Assembly (NCBI GenBank): GCA_963781565.1
Contig: CAWAHA010000029.1
Coordinates: 15,683-79,682, forward strand
Origin: an uncultured Acidimicrobiaceae bacterium
GTDB lineage: Bacteria > Actinomycetota > Acidimicrobiia > Acidimicrobiales > RAAP-2
DNA length: 64,000 bases
Reading direction: 5' to 3'
Positions 10,394-21,482 of the stretch are shown here, in pieces. The translations under genes were made by a program, and so were the position numbers. The notes under the pieces were generated by a model, which was given only the letters and a program-made list of their open reading frames with translations, searched no databases and had not been told where the DNA came from. The stretch's first letter is position 1. Every line of letters starts with the position of its first letter.

Positions 10394-11904
10394 ATGATGT
10401 CCCGACCACCCGGCACGAGCGTGCAAGTGAGTGATGACGAGCTCCAGCAGCGTGCGAACACCTCAACCAGCGAGGATATTGAGTCGAACAGGTTGGCGCG
10501 GCCACGTTTCCGCCGTCCCGAGTGGTTCCTTGTGCTCTTGATCCCCGCTGCCGCCTACTTATGGTTCGTTCATTCCTTCGCCGTCAACGCCATTTACTAC
10601 GACCAGTGGGACAACGTCGCACTCCTTACGAGCTGACCTTTGGGTTATACCTACACCGCCCACCCGACGCTATTGGTGCGGCTATGGCACCAGCACAACG
10701 AGAACCGGATGCTTTTCCCGAACCTTGTCGTCCTCGCGCTCGGGTCGTGGACGCACCTGAACGTGGTAGTCGAGGAGTTCCTGAGCGCAGCACTTGCGAT
10801 TCTCTCAGCACTACCTGGTCGTCTTACGTCACCGGCGAGATCTGTCTATGACGCCGTGGGTCGCATACCTGCCCCTCATGGGCTTGATGCTGACCCTGGG
10901 CCAGTACGGCGACACCTGTTCGGATTCCAGCTGGCGTGGTACATGGTGCTTTTTGCATTCATCGTGACAATCTGCCTCCTCGATTCCACCGAGCTGGTTG
11001 GATCCTCTTCTCGTGTGCCGGGGCCGCAGCCGTGATCGGAAGCTATTCCTCTCTACAAGGGCTCTTGATCTGGCCCGCAGGTCTTGTCGTGTTGATGGCC
11101 CGCTATAGTCGCCGTTCGTTTCTCACAACGTGGATCGGGGCGGCCGCATGCACGACAGTGATCTACTTCTATAACTTCGATTACAGCACGAGCGACTCGA
11201 GTGGAAGCGGTTACCTGCTCTCACACGCTTGGTCGGTCCTCCAGTCCTTCCTGGCAGCGGTGGGCAACGTTTCGGGGAGTGAGGTGTCACTCGGTCCCGG
11301 AGCATCTGCGTCGGGCATAGAAGTGCTCGGCTTGCTCATAGTCGTCCTTGCTGCGCTGGCCCTCGTTATCCACGTAAAGACCCGGCTCCGATGCGCAGCC
11401 GATTGGGCCGGCGCTGATCTGTTTCGGAGTGCTCATGGCGCTTTCAATCGCGCTCGGTCGGAGTCATCTGGGGATTGCAGGCACAGTTCAATCGCGCTAC
11501 GCCACGTTCGATCTGTTGATACTCGCTGGTTCCTACCTGTGCCTCCTCGACGGAGCGGGGTGGGCACGCCACCGCACCGCTGACGCCGTGATTGATACGG
11601 GCGAGGAGTCTGCGGTCTCGCTCGACGAGGGTCAAGAGACGGCGCCCGGCAGCGGCGCTCGCGGCTTCGCGGTGGTGTTCTCGTGATCTGCCTTGTGCTC
11701 ATAGTGTGGCTGGTGTACTCCGGAGCAGAAAATGGAGTCGTTTTCGGGAGGCAAGGGCGAAGTGGCATGCAGAGTGCCGATTTGGTGGTTGCGCGTGCTG
11801 AAAAAAGCGCCGAACTCGTTGCTACAGGCAGATCTGTCCCGAATCCCCGCGAACCGGTGCTCCGTATCCGCGCTCTCGCCATAGAGGCCGAGGAGCGCGA
11901 ATGA
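10394..11904 (+). CDS. Polytopic membrane protein, possibly a GT-C-fold glycosyltransferase; spread over at least 5 frames or ORFs
   Basis: ORFs 10394..10636, 10640..11035, 10936..11583, 11429..11686 and 11683..11904 tile one hydrophobic protein. An acidic YYDQWD motif follows TM1. WHQHNENRMLFPNLVVLAL is present, and there are many TM helices. The family call is only a guess. Confidence 0.4.
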
Positions 11905-12266
11905 GCTTCTTTGCAACGGCCGATGGAGCTCGACTTGCGCGCGTAAAGTTGCCTCCGTCGCCCCATGCTGTTCCCCTCGTCACGCAGGTGGTCAAGCGCA
12001 AGAACAGTGCCGTGCTTCGAGGTGTTCAGTACCTTCTGGCCCCAGCCTCGGGCGACTACCCCATTACGTCTGTCACCTTTGTGATTCGTGGCGCCGGGCT
12101 GCCAGGACAGCTTCAGCTTCGTGGAGCGCAGATTCTCTATGGCTGGTTGAGCGACTGGCTAACCACCAAAGTCCCCGACGGCTCTTACTCTATACAGAGC
12201 GTCGTCCGCGACGCTGGAAGACAGGTCAGCAAGAGCCGCACTGTGCTGGTTACGGTCACGAACTGA
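11901..12266 (+). CDS. Beta-rich, Ig-like extracytoplasmic domain; probably the C-terminal part of, or coupled to, the preceding membrane protein
   Basis: Intact 121-aa ORF with an ATGA overlap to the upstream frame. It has an alternating beta pattern and ends VLVTVTN. Confidence 0.35.
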   Translation: MSFFATADGARLARVKLPPSPHAVPLVTQVVKRKNSAVLRGVQYLLAPASGDYPITSVTFVIRGAGLPGQLQLRGAQILYGWLSDWLTTKVPDGSYSIQSVVRDAGRQVSKSRTVLVTVTN

Positions 12267-12679
12267 AGCGGATCATGAAATCACTGAGCAGAGGTTGCCT
12301 CCGGAAGCATCGAGACTGTGACTAGACCATACGGTACCGAGGGGCGTCGAGACAGTTTGCCGGTTGTGACTCGAACCTCCGATGGACGAGATCTGCCGCC
12401 TCGACGGAGAACGCCCAGGGGCGCTTGGGCTCTCCGGCCAAACGGGAGCGTCCGCAAGGGGGTGGCTGATCACTCGAGCAGGTCCTCTTGACTCTGGCCG
12501 CTGTTATGTAGGTCGCAGGATCCTCATTCGATCGCCTCGTCACGGCAACGATCTACCGCGCCAACGTCGAGGATTTCGCCACCGTAGAAAGGATCTATGA
12601 CCTCTCGTCCCCGATACTCCACCAGCGCTGCTCGGCTCCAGCCAACACGTGGTTCCGCCTCGCGGCCTCCTGGTCTTGA

Positions 12680-13096
12680 TCGGGTGAGTCTGCTGCTGCG
12701 CTCTTGGCGCAGTCGCAGCGCACGGCCGAGAGCGTTTGGGCCTACGCCTCGATCGAGGATGTGCGCGGCAACCTGCGGCGTACCGGATACCCCGAGGCCA
12801 GGCTCCACTTTGTGAAGGGACCAGTCGAAGAAACATTGCCGGAGCAGGCACCTACCCAGATTGCAGTGCTTCGGCTGGACACCGATTGGTATGAGTCCAC
12901 AAGGCACGAGCTTGAGCATCTCATCCCGCGACTCGTTCCAAACGGCATCCTCATCGTTGATGATTACGGACATTGGAAGGGTTCGCGCAAGGCAGTCGAT
13001 GAGTTCCTCGCAGGTAGCAACCGGCCGGTCCTGTTGAACAGAACCGACTACACCGGCCGTATGGCCGTAGTCCCCGGGGCAGCGCTTCTGGATTGA
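12680..13096 (+). pseudogene. C-terminal half of a TylF/MycF-type O-methyltransferase (same orientation as the N-terminal half at 8625)
   Basis: ORF 12704..13096: SIEDVRGNLRRTGYPEARLHFVKGPVEETLP...IAVLRLDTDWYESTRHELEHLIPRLVPNGILIVDDYGHWKGSRKAVDEF, the classic metal-binding/SAM C-terminal core of the family. Confidence 0.7.
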
Positions 13097-13188
13097 CAGC
13101 CGTATCAGCGTAACGAGTGCCTCTAGAGCCCGACCGCCGTCAAAGTACGGTAGATACCCGGAGGGTCGGCCACGACTGAGCCCGTGCT

Positions 13189-14016
13189 TCACTCGTGCCT
13201 GATTCGGTATGAGGCGGTAAGCGAGCAGCAAGATGGGCGTCCGTCCTCAGCCCACGCCACCCGAGGGCTGGCCGTCGTGCCACCGTCGACCACGAACGTC
13301 TGGCCGGTGATCCACGAGGCGGCATCCGAGGCCAGGAAGAGGGCAGCGGTGGCGATGTCGTCGGGCAGGCCGAGCCGGCGCAGCGGGATGTGGGCGGCGA
13401 TGCGGTCCTCGCCCGGACCCTCCCACAACGCTGCGGCCAACTTGGTCTTCACCAGTCCCGGCGCCAGCGCGTTGACCCGGACGTCAGGGGCCAGCTCGAA
13501 GGAGAGCTGCCGGGTGATGTGTAGCACCGCCGCCTTCGTCACGTTGTACCACCCGATGCCCGGCTCGACCCCGAGGCCACCGATGGAGGCCACGTTGATC
13601 ACCGAGCCGCGCAGTCCCGCCCGCACGGCGGCGCCCGTCCACACCAGGACGGCCAGCTGGTTCACCTCGAAGGTCTTCTGCGCCCGCACCACGTCGATGT
13701 CGATCATCGGCCCGAAGTACGGGTTGGTCCCCGCGTTGTTGACGAGGATGTCGAGGCGGCCGAAGCGGGCCACCGTCTCGGCCACACACGATTCGGCGTC
13801 CTCGGGCTTGCCGACATGCGCCGCGGTCCAGGCCACCTGTTCCTCGGGTGCGCCCCCCGCCACCAGACCCGCCGCCGCGTCGGCCAGGGCGTCGGCTTTG
13901 CGCGACGTGATCATGACGTTGGCGCCGGCTTCGGCGAAGCGGGCGGCCATGGCCAGGCCGATCCCCCGGCTCCCTCCGGTGATCAGCGCCGTCTTTCCCC
14001 TGAGTTCGAGCTCCAT
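13189..14016 (-). CDS. SDR family oxidoreductase
   Basis: Starts MELELRGKTALITGGSRGIG. Contains NNAG, the YNVTKAA catalytic motif and WITGQTFVVDGG. The last ~25 codons (13189-13265) look like a non-homologous, lower-GC tail. Confidence 0.85.
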   Translation of the reverse strand: MELELRGKTALITGGSRGIGLAMAARFAEAGANVMITSRKADALADAAAGLVAGGAPEEQVAWTAAHVGKPEDAESCVAETVARFGRLDILVNNAGTNPYFGPMIDIDVVRAQKTFEVNQLAVLVWTGAAVRAGLRGSVINVASIGGLGVEPGIGWYNVTKAAVLHITRQLSFELAPDVRVNALAPGLVKTKLAAALWEGPGEDRIAAHIPLRRLGLPDDIATAALFLASDAASWITGQTFVVDGGTTASPRVAWAEDGRPSCCSLTASYRIRHE

Positions 14017-14082
14017 CGCCTGAGCCTTGCACGGTGCCGCCGGTGCGCCGCAGTCGAGGAAAGGAGCCCTAGCATCGCTCCC

Positions 14083-16152
14083 GTGAACCACCTGGCTGAC
14101 GAGACGAGCCCGTATCTCCGCCAGCACGCCGACAACCCGGTGGAGTGGTTCCCCTGGGGGGACGAGGCCCTGCGCCGGGCCCGCGCCGAGGACAAACCCC
14201 TGTTCGTCTCCATCGGCTACGCCTCGTGCCACTGGTGCCACGTCATGGCGCACGAGAGCTTCGAGGATCCGGAGACCGCGGCCGACCTGGCGAAGTCCTT
14301 CATTTCGGTCAAGGTCGACCGGGAGGAGCGTCCCGATCTCGATGCCGTCTACATGGCGGCTACCCAGGCGCTGACCGGGTCGGGCGGCTGGCCCATGTCC
14401 GTCTTCTGCACACCCGACGGGCGGCCCTTCTACGCCGGGACCTACTTCCCCCCGGTCGAGCGCCACGGCATGCCCTCGTTCCGCCGCGTCCTGCAGGCCC
14501 TGGGCGACGCCTGGACCAAGGAGCGGGCCCAGGTGCTCGAACAGGCCGATGCGCTGGTGGGCGCCGTGCAACGGGAGCTCCGCCTGGCCGAGGCGCTGAG
14601 CGAGGAGGCGGCGGGCGGCGCGGCGTCCCAGCCCGGCACCCGCGCTGCGGCTGGCCGGCGCGCCGGCCGGGGAGCGGGCTCGACGCCGAGGCCCTCGTCG
14701 AACAGGTGGTGGCGGGCGTCGCCGGCGGATTCGATCCCGAGTGGGGCGGATTCGGGCCGGCACCGAAGTTCCCCCGTCCGAGCCTGGTCGAGCTCTGTCT
14801 TCGGCAGGCCCGTCGTGGCCGGCTCGGATGCCGCGCATGCCCGCCACATGGGCCTGCGCACGCTCGACGCCATGGCGGCGGGCGGCATCTACGACCACAT
14901 CGTCGGCGGGTTCTGCCGCTACTCGACCGATGCCCAGTGGCTGGTGCCCCACTTCGAGAAGATGCTCACCGACCAGGCCCAGCTGGCCCGGGCCTATCTG
15001 CACGCGTGGCAGGACGGTGGGCGGGCGGAATACATGGGCGTGGTCACCGAGACGCTGGACTTCGTCCTGCGCGATCTCTCGACGCCCGAAGGCGCGCTCT
15101 ACTCGTCCTTCGACGCCGACGCCGGCGGCGTCGAAGGCGCGCACGCCACGTTCACCCTCGAGGAGTTGCGCCAGATTCTGCCCGCCGTCACTCGTCGGGC
15201 CGGCGGCCGATTGGTACGGGATCACCTCCGGCGGCAACTGGGAGGGACGGTCCATTCCGGTCCGCCCCGTCGGAGCACCACTGGCGCGCCCGCCCGAGGT
15301 GGAGGAGGCCCGCGTGCTGCTGGCCGCGGCGCGAGCCGAGCGGGTCCAGCCGGCCCGGGACGAGAAGGTGCTGACCGAGTGGAACGCCATGACCGTCGCC
15401 ACGCTCGCCGAGGTGGCGGCCGCCACCGGTCGGGCCGACTACGGGCGGCGCGCCGAGGAGATCGGCGAGTTCCTGTGGGCGTCCATGTACAACGACGGAC
15501 GGCTCATGCGCAGCTGGCAGGGCGGCAGGGCGCGTCACCTGGCGGTGGCGGCGGACTACGCCTGGTTGGCCGAGGCTTCCTTCCGGCTGTCCGAATGGAC
15601 GGGCAGGGCGCTGTGGCGTGAGCGGTCGGTCCGTGCGGTGCATCAGCTGCTCGACCTGTTCTGGGACGACGCGTCCGGCGGCTTCTTCACCACCGGGAGC
15701 GACGCCGAGGCGCTCGTCGTGCGACCGAAGGAATTCCTCGACGGCGCAGTCCCCTCCTCCAACTCAATCGCCGTCGCCGCCCTGCTGCACGCCGGAGCCC
15801 TGGTCGACGACGAGCGGATCGAAGAGCGCGATCGAGCGCACCGTCGGGCTCGCGGGCCCGCTGCTGGAGCGCCATCCCGGCGCGCTCGCCGACATGGTCG
15901 CGGCGTTGCCGATGGTGAACGGGCGCAACGAAATTGTGGTCACGGGCAATCGCACCGATCTGCTCGCGGAGGTGCGACGCGAGCTGGCTCCCGGCCGCCG
16001 TGGTCGCCTGGGGCCAGCCCGATGACGGCCCGCTCTTCACCGAGCGTCCGGCCGAGCCCGGACTGGCCTACGTCTGCCAGGGCCGCGTCTGCCAGATGCC
16101 GGCGGCGGACGCCGCTACCCTGGCGGGCCAATTGGAGAGACTGATCGGATGA
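14083..16152 (+). CDS. Thioredoxin-domain protein of the YyaL/DUF255 family (N-acylglucosamine-epimerase-like C-domain); about five frame corrections
   Basis: NHLADETSPYLRQHADNPVEWFPWGDEAL...SIGYASCHWCHVMAHESF...GGWPMSVF. Later segments are found in ORFs 14145.., 13816.., 14741.., 15618.. and 15934.. (FDPEWGGFGPAPKFP, GGIYDHIVGGFCRYSTD, EWNAM, AYVCQGRVCQMP). Confidence 0.85.
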
Positions 16153-17054
16153 GCGGGACCTCAATGGATCCGACGACGGACAGCGCCGGCGGCCGCGCTG
16201 ACGCAAATGGCGTCACCGGCGACTCCGGCACGGTGTTCGATCATGCCGCCCTGGAACCCACGGAGCACACCGACGAGCGAGCGGACGCTGAGCGTCCGGA
16301 CGCCGAGGAGCATGAAGGCCGGCCCGAGGCGGCCTCCCATCGGCGCCCGGCGGAAACCGCGGCCGATCCGACACAGCTGCTCCGACGCTCGGCCCGCAGC
16401 TCGGAACGGGTCCCGACGGCCGGGGGCTCGACTCTCCACCTTCTCGTCTTGTCCTCGACGCTCGAGGACACCACCGTCGTCGATCTGGCGACTCGCACGG
16501 TCATGCGGGTCCGCGTGCCCTGGCCCGAGGGCCACGAACCCGATATCAGCACGTTCGACGTGGTGGAGGTGACGTTGGCCGACGATCCCGAGCGCGACGA
16601 CCTGGCCCGACCCGAGGCGACCACCGTGGCCGATCTGCCCCGCCATGTGGGCACGCTGCGGGGCCGACGTCTCCGCAAGCTCCTCCGACGCCTGGTGGCC
16701 TCGCCCGACGGTCCCCTGCTCGGGTTCCCCGGCCCGTCGGCGCCCTACTGGGAGTTCCGGGGCTTCCGGCCTTCGGTGGCGATCATCGAACCGACCCGGC
16801 GACCGCAGCTGATCAGGCGGCAGGCCGACGGCACGACCTGGGTCCGCTTCGGATGGGACCGCGACGACGTCTGGCTCCCCGTGGAGGACCGCAACGCCGC
16901 CCGGGCCCTCGACGCGGCCCGGCGCGAGCGCCTGAGTGGGAAGAGCCTGGCCACCGCACTGGGGTTCGAGCCCCAATACCTCCTGGTGACGGTCAGTCCC
17001 CCGCGGGACGGCCACTGCTACAAGGTCTGCGCGGCGGTGCTGCCTCGGGGGTAG
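16149..17054 (+). CDS. Hypothetical protein with an acidic, disordered N-terminus
   Basis: Intact 301-aa ORF. Its ATG overlaps the YyaL-like stop (ATGA). I recognise no family. Confidence 0.55.
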   Translation: MSGTSMDPTTDSAGGRADANGVTGDSGTVFDHAALEPTEHTDERADAERPDAEEHEGRPEAASHRRPAETAADPTQLLRRSARSSERVPTAGGSTLHLLVLSSTLEDTTVVDLATRTVMRVRVPWPEGHEPDISTFDVVEVTLADDPERDDLARPEATTVADLPRHVGTLRGRRLRKLLRRLVASPDGPLLGFPGPSAPYWEFRGFRPSVAIIEPTRRPQLIRRQADGTTWVRFGWDRDDVWLPVEDRNAARALDAARRERLSGKSLATALGFEPQYLLVTVSPPRDGHCYKVCAAVLPRG

Positions 17055-17093
17055 GAAGGGCGCCGCTCAAAGCAGGCGCCCGGCGTCGCCGGC

Positions 17094-17765
17094 TCAGCGG
17101 CCGAGCTTGCCTCCGGCCAGGTCCTCGGCCATCGCCCAGCCGAAGGCGACCAGACGATCACCCCGGTCGACCTTGAAGCTCTCGAAGTGCGTCTCGACGC
17201 CCTCGGGGATCTTGACCTTGGGGGCGACGAAGTCCAGGCCACCTGCCACCGAACCGTCGCCCTTCAGCACGAAGGTGCGATCGTCGAGCCGGCTTTCACA
17301 GCCGAAACGCTTGGAGAGGCGGCGGGCCCAGGCCCGCTCCTCGCCCGTGGACTTGTGACCCGGGAAGGGCACGACGTCCTGGAGCCCGTTGAAGGCCCGG
17401 AAACCCTCGGGGGTCAGCAGGCGGGTCCCGAGCAGGACATCCTCGTCAGGGAAGGCCAGCAGGGCCCGACGGTACTGATCAGCCATGATCCCCTTGAGGG
17501 CGGCCTCGGCACGTGACGTGCGGTCGACCAGCGCCAACCCGACCAACAGCGAAGGGGTGCCCCCGATGCGCTCGAGGGTGCAGAACGAGTAGCCCCGCAG
17601 CTTGTTCCCCTCCCGGGCCTGGGTGATCAGGACCCAGACCTCACGCTCTTTGGAGAGATAACCGATGTCGAAACCGGGTGGCCGGTCCGCACAAAGGTCC
17701 GCCATTTCAACCAGCTCAGCGTCGCTGAGCGCAGTGCAATCCTTGGTGCTCACTACGATCGGCAT
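17094..17765 (-). CDS. Hypothetical protein (possibly acyl-CoA N-acyltransferase-like fold; weak)
   Basis: Intact 223-aa ORF, co-directional with and 126 nt downstream of dnaE. I recognise no signature motif. Confidence 0.55.
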   Translation of the reverse strand: MPIVVSTKDCTALSDAELVEMADLCADRPPGFDIGYLSKEREVWVLITQAREGNKLRGYSFCTLERIGGTPSLLVGLALVDRTSRAEAALKGIMADQYRRALLAFPDEDVLLGTRLLTPEGFRAFNGLQDVVPFPGHKSTGEERAWARRLSKRFGCESRLDDRTFVLKGDGSVAGGLDFVAPKVKIPEGVETHFESFKVDRGDRLVAFGWAMAEDLAGGKLGR

Positions 17766-17891
17766 GAGGTCAGTCTACTGGTTGCGCTCCGCACGTTCCC
17801 AACCGGCCCGACCCTCGGGGTTGCCGGAGTGGTGCGCTGACCCCTACATCACCCCAGCTCAGCGCGGATTTCTGACGTCGTGGTCAGGCTC

Positions 17892-20800
17892 TCAGGAGAG
17901 TACGGCGCTCTGGCCGAGCAGGCGCTTGAGCTCGCCCACCAGGCCGTTGCGACAGTCCACGTTGAACTCCGGGGGGAGTTGCAGCACCTTCGCCCCGACG
18001 TGCAACAGCACCGGCGACGTCCCGGGATGCCCACTCAGCACGTCCTTCAATCCGTCGACCTTGGCATCGGTGAGCACTCCGAGCGGCAGCGTGATGTGGA
18101 GATTCTCCTGGCCCCGCTCGAGTATCGGCCGGGAGACCTCCATGCAGACGATCTTTGGATCCTCCTCACGGGTGTCGAGCCGGCCCCGCACCACCAGGAT
18201 GGCGTCGTTCTCAATGAGGGAGCCGTACTCGGCCATCGTCTTGGGGAAGACGAACACCTCCATGGCTGCCTGCAGGTCTTCGAGGACGAACCGGGCCATG
18301 AGATCGCCCTTCTTCGTGTACGAGCGGCGGAGGTCGGTCACCACGCCCCCCACCGAGCGGACCGGGGCGCGGTCCCCTATGGCCGTGTCGTCCTCCCGCA
18401 TGTCCGAGAGCGTGCAGTCGGTGTACCGCGCCATGGCTGCCTCGTAGCCCATGAGCGGGTGGTCGCTCACATAGAGGCCCAGCATCTCCTTCTCGAAGGC
18501 CAGGCGCTGCGCCTTGTCGAACTCGGTGTCGGGGATGGCCACTTTGACCCCGCCCCATCCCGGATCGGCCTGCTCGTCCTCGAACGCGGCGAACAGGGAG
18601 GTGATGCCCAGGTCCTGCTCTTTGCGGCGCTCGATGGAGCGGTCGACGATCGACTCCATGACGAGGGCCAGGCCCTGGCGCGGGTGGTCCATGGAGTCGA
18701 ACGCGCCCCCCTTGATGAGCGACTCCATGGTCCGCTTGTTCAGGACGACCGGGTCGACCCGGGCGCAGAAATCGAAGATGTCCTCGAACGCGGCCGTTGG
18801 CGGTGCGTTCGGCCACGATCCGCTCCACCAGGCTCTCGCCCACATTGCGTACCGCGGCCAGGCCGAAGACGATGGAATTCTCCGGGCGGCGGGTGCCGTC
18901 CTCCTCGACGCTGATGTCCGGCGCGAACTCCGCCAGGGAGCGGTTCACGTCGGGGACGAGCACCTCAATTCCCATGGAGCGGCACTCGGCCAGATAGACG
19001 GCCGTCTTGTCCTTGTTGTCCTTCACCGAAGTCAGCAGGGCCGACATGTACTCGACCGGGAAGTGCGCCTTGAGCCACGCCGTCTGGTACGCCACCAGCC
19101 CGTAGCCGTAGGAGTGGGACTTGTTGAACGCGTAGTCGGCGAACGGCTCGATGATGTCGAAGAGCTGTGTCCCCAGCTCCTCGCCGTAGCCCTCCGTGAC
19201 GCACCCGGCGACGAACTTCTCTCGCTCGGCGGCGATGAGCGCTCGGATCTTCTTCCCGCACGCCTTGCGCAGGTTGTCGGCCTCCTCGAGGCTGTAGCCC
19301 GCGAACTTCTGGGCCACCCGCATGACGGACTCCTGGTAGAGCATCAGCCCGTAGGTGTCCTTGAGGATGGGCTCAATGTCGGGGTGGAGGTAGGTCAGCT
19401 CCTTGCGCCCGTTCTTCAGCTCCGGGTAGTCCCGGTGCATGTTGGCGGCCATGGGACCCGGGCGGTACAGCGCGACGAGCGCTGCCACGTCGTCGAAACT
19501 GGTGGGGGCCAGGGCCCGCAGGGTCTGGCGCATCGCCACACCTTCGAGCTGGAACACGCCGATCGACTCGGCCCGTCGCAACATCTCGAGCGTCGGCTCG
19601 TCGGCCAGGTCGACCCCGTCGATGTCGGGCCGCTCCCCCGTCTCGGCCTCGATCAGGTCGAGCGCCCGCTCCATGACCGAGAGGTTGCGCAGGCCGAGGA
19701 AGTCCATTTTGAGCAGGCCGAGGTCTTCGACCCCGTGCATTTCGTACTGGGTGACGATGGGCGCATCCTGGGGGTTCTCGCCGGCGCCCGGCTTGCGCTG
19801 AATGGGTAGGTAGTCGGTCAGCGGATCACGGGAGATGACGACTGCGGCGGCGTGGATGCCGTCCTGGCGGCGCAGTCCCTCGAGTCCCAGCGCGACCTCA
19901 ATGACCTCCTTGGCGTCGGGGTCGACGTCGCGCATCGCCCGCAGCTCGGATGCGGCGGCAAATCCTTCCTCGTGCCCGTCGGTCTTGGTGATGCACGCGT
20001 GGAGCGGGGTGTCGCGCCCCATCACGAGAGGCGGCATCAGCTTGGCGATCCGGTCGCCGACGATGTAGGGCTTCCCGAGGACCCGCGCCGCGTCACGCAC
20101 TGCGGCCCGGGCCTTGATGGTCGAGAAGGTGATGACCTGGGCCACCCGGTCGCTGCCGTACTTCTCGGCCGCGTAGCGCATGACGTCGGCGCGATAGCGC
20201 TCGTCGAAGTCCATGTCGATGTCGGGCATCTGCTTGCGGCCCGGGTTCAAGAAGCGCTCGAAGAGAAGGTCGTACCGGATCGGGTCGAGGTCCACGATCT
20301 TGAGGCAGTAGGCCACACAGCAGCCGGCAGCCGATCCCCGGCCCGGGGCCGACGCGGATCTTCGACTCGCGGGCGAAGCGGATCAGGTCCCACACCACGA
20401 GGAAGTAGGCGGCGAAGCCCATGTTGCCGATGACGCTGAGCTCGTAGTCGAGCCGCTCCACAACCTCGCCCGGCAGCGACGCGCCGTAGCGCTCCTTCGC
20501 CCCCTCGAAGGTGAGGTCACGCAGATAGGCCAGCGCCCGCTCCTCGTACGTCTCGCCGCTGAAGCGGTCCGGCACCGGGAACTCCGGCAGGCTCGGCTTG
20601 CCGAGCTCAATCTGGACGTCCGCCCGCTCTGCAATGAGCAACGTGTTGTCACACGCCTCGGGGACGTCGCGGAAGAGATGGCGCATTTCTGCGGCCGTCT
20701 TGAGGTAGTGCTCGGTGCCTTCGAACTTGAAGCGGTTGGTGTCGGAGATCAGGGCGCCCGTCTGCACGCAGAGGAGCGCGTCATGGGCGACCGCGTCCTC

Positions 20801-21482
20801 ACGGTGGGTGTAGTGACTGTCGTTGGTGGCGAGCAGCGGCGCACCGATGCGTCGGGCGATCTCAATCAGCTGAGGATTCGTACGGTGCTGGTCGGCGATG
20901 CCGTGGTCCTGGATCTCGACGAAGAGGTTCTCCTTGCCGAAGATGTCCTGCAGGCGGGCCGCCTTCTTCTCGGCCCCCTCCACGTCGCCGGCCAGCAGGG
21001 CCTGGAGCACCACACCGCCCAGACACCCCGTGGTGGCGATCAGGCCCGCCGCATGACGCTCGAGCAGCTCCCAGTCGACTCGGGGCTTGTAGTAGTAGCC
21101 CTCGAGATACGCGGCCGAGGACAGCTGCATGAGGTTGCGATAGCCCTCGACCGTCTCCGCCAACAGGGTCAGGTGGTAGTAGAGCTTCTGCCCGCCCTCG
21201 ACGTCGCCGCCCGTGTCGTCCACCCGGCCCCGGCGCACGGGTCGCTCCAGTCCGTGACTCGCCCGCCATGTAGGACTCGGTGCCGATGATGGGCACGACG
21301 CCCTGGTCGCGGCAGGCCTTGTAGAAGTCGAGGACCCCGTACATGTTCCCGTGGTCGGTGATGCCGAGCGCCGGCTGGCCGTCGGCCACAGCGGCCGCGA
21401 CCAAGTCCCCCACCCGTGCGGCTCCGTCCAACATGGAGAACTCGGTGTGCGTGTGCAGATGCGTAAACGACCGCTCCGACAC
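17892..21482 (-). CDS. dnaE: DNA polymerase III alpha subunit; three frame corrections (about 21240, 20320, 18810)
   Basis: Four ORF pieces (20862..21482, 20093..21238, 18211..20316, 17892..18845) tile a full DnaE. They cover the PHP domain (FTHLHTHTEFSMLDG), the palm/fingers (LLKMDFLGLRNL, FNKSHSYGYG) and the OB/C-terminal part. Confidence 0.95.

Noticed and set aside
12360-12395. A tRNA-like T-arm (revcomp GGTTCGAGTC) inside the islet, which could be an att remnant.
   Set aside because: The flanking bases do not form a T-stem or acceptor stem, and no matching tRNA gene or second copy is present in the window. It is probably a chance match.
8300-13250. A search for integrase, transposase, IS termini or terminal inverted repeats that would make the islet a mobile element.
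   Set aside because: No recombinase-like ORF was found in any frame I translated. No repeats were found at the TylF junctions. The only repeat is the SDR-derived segment, which is not att-like.
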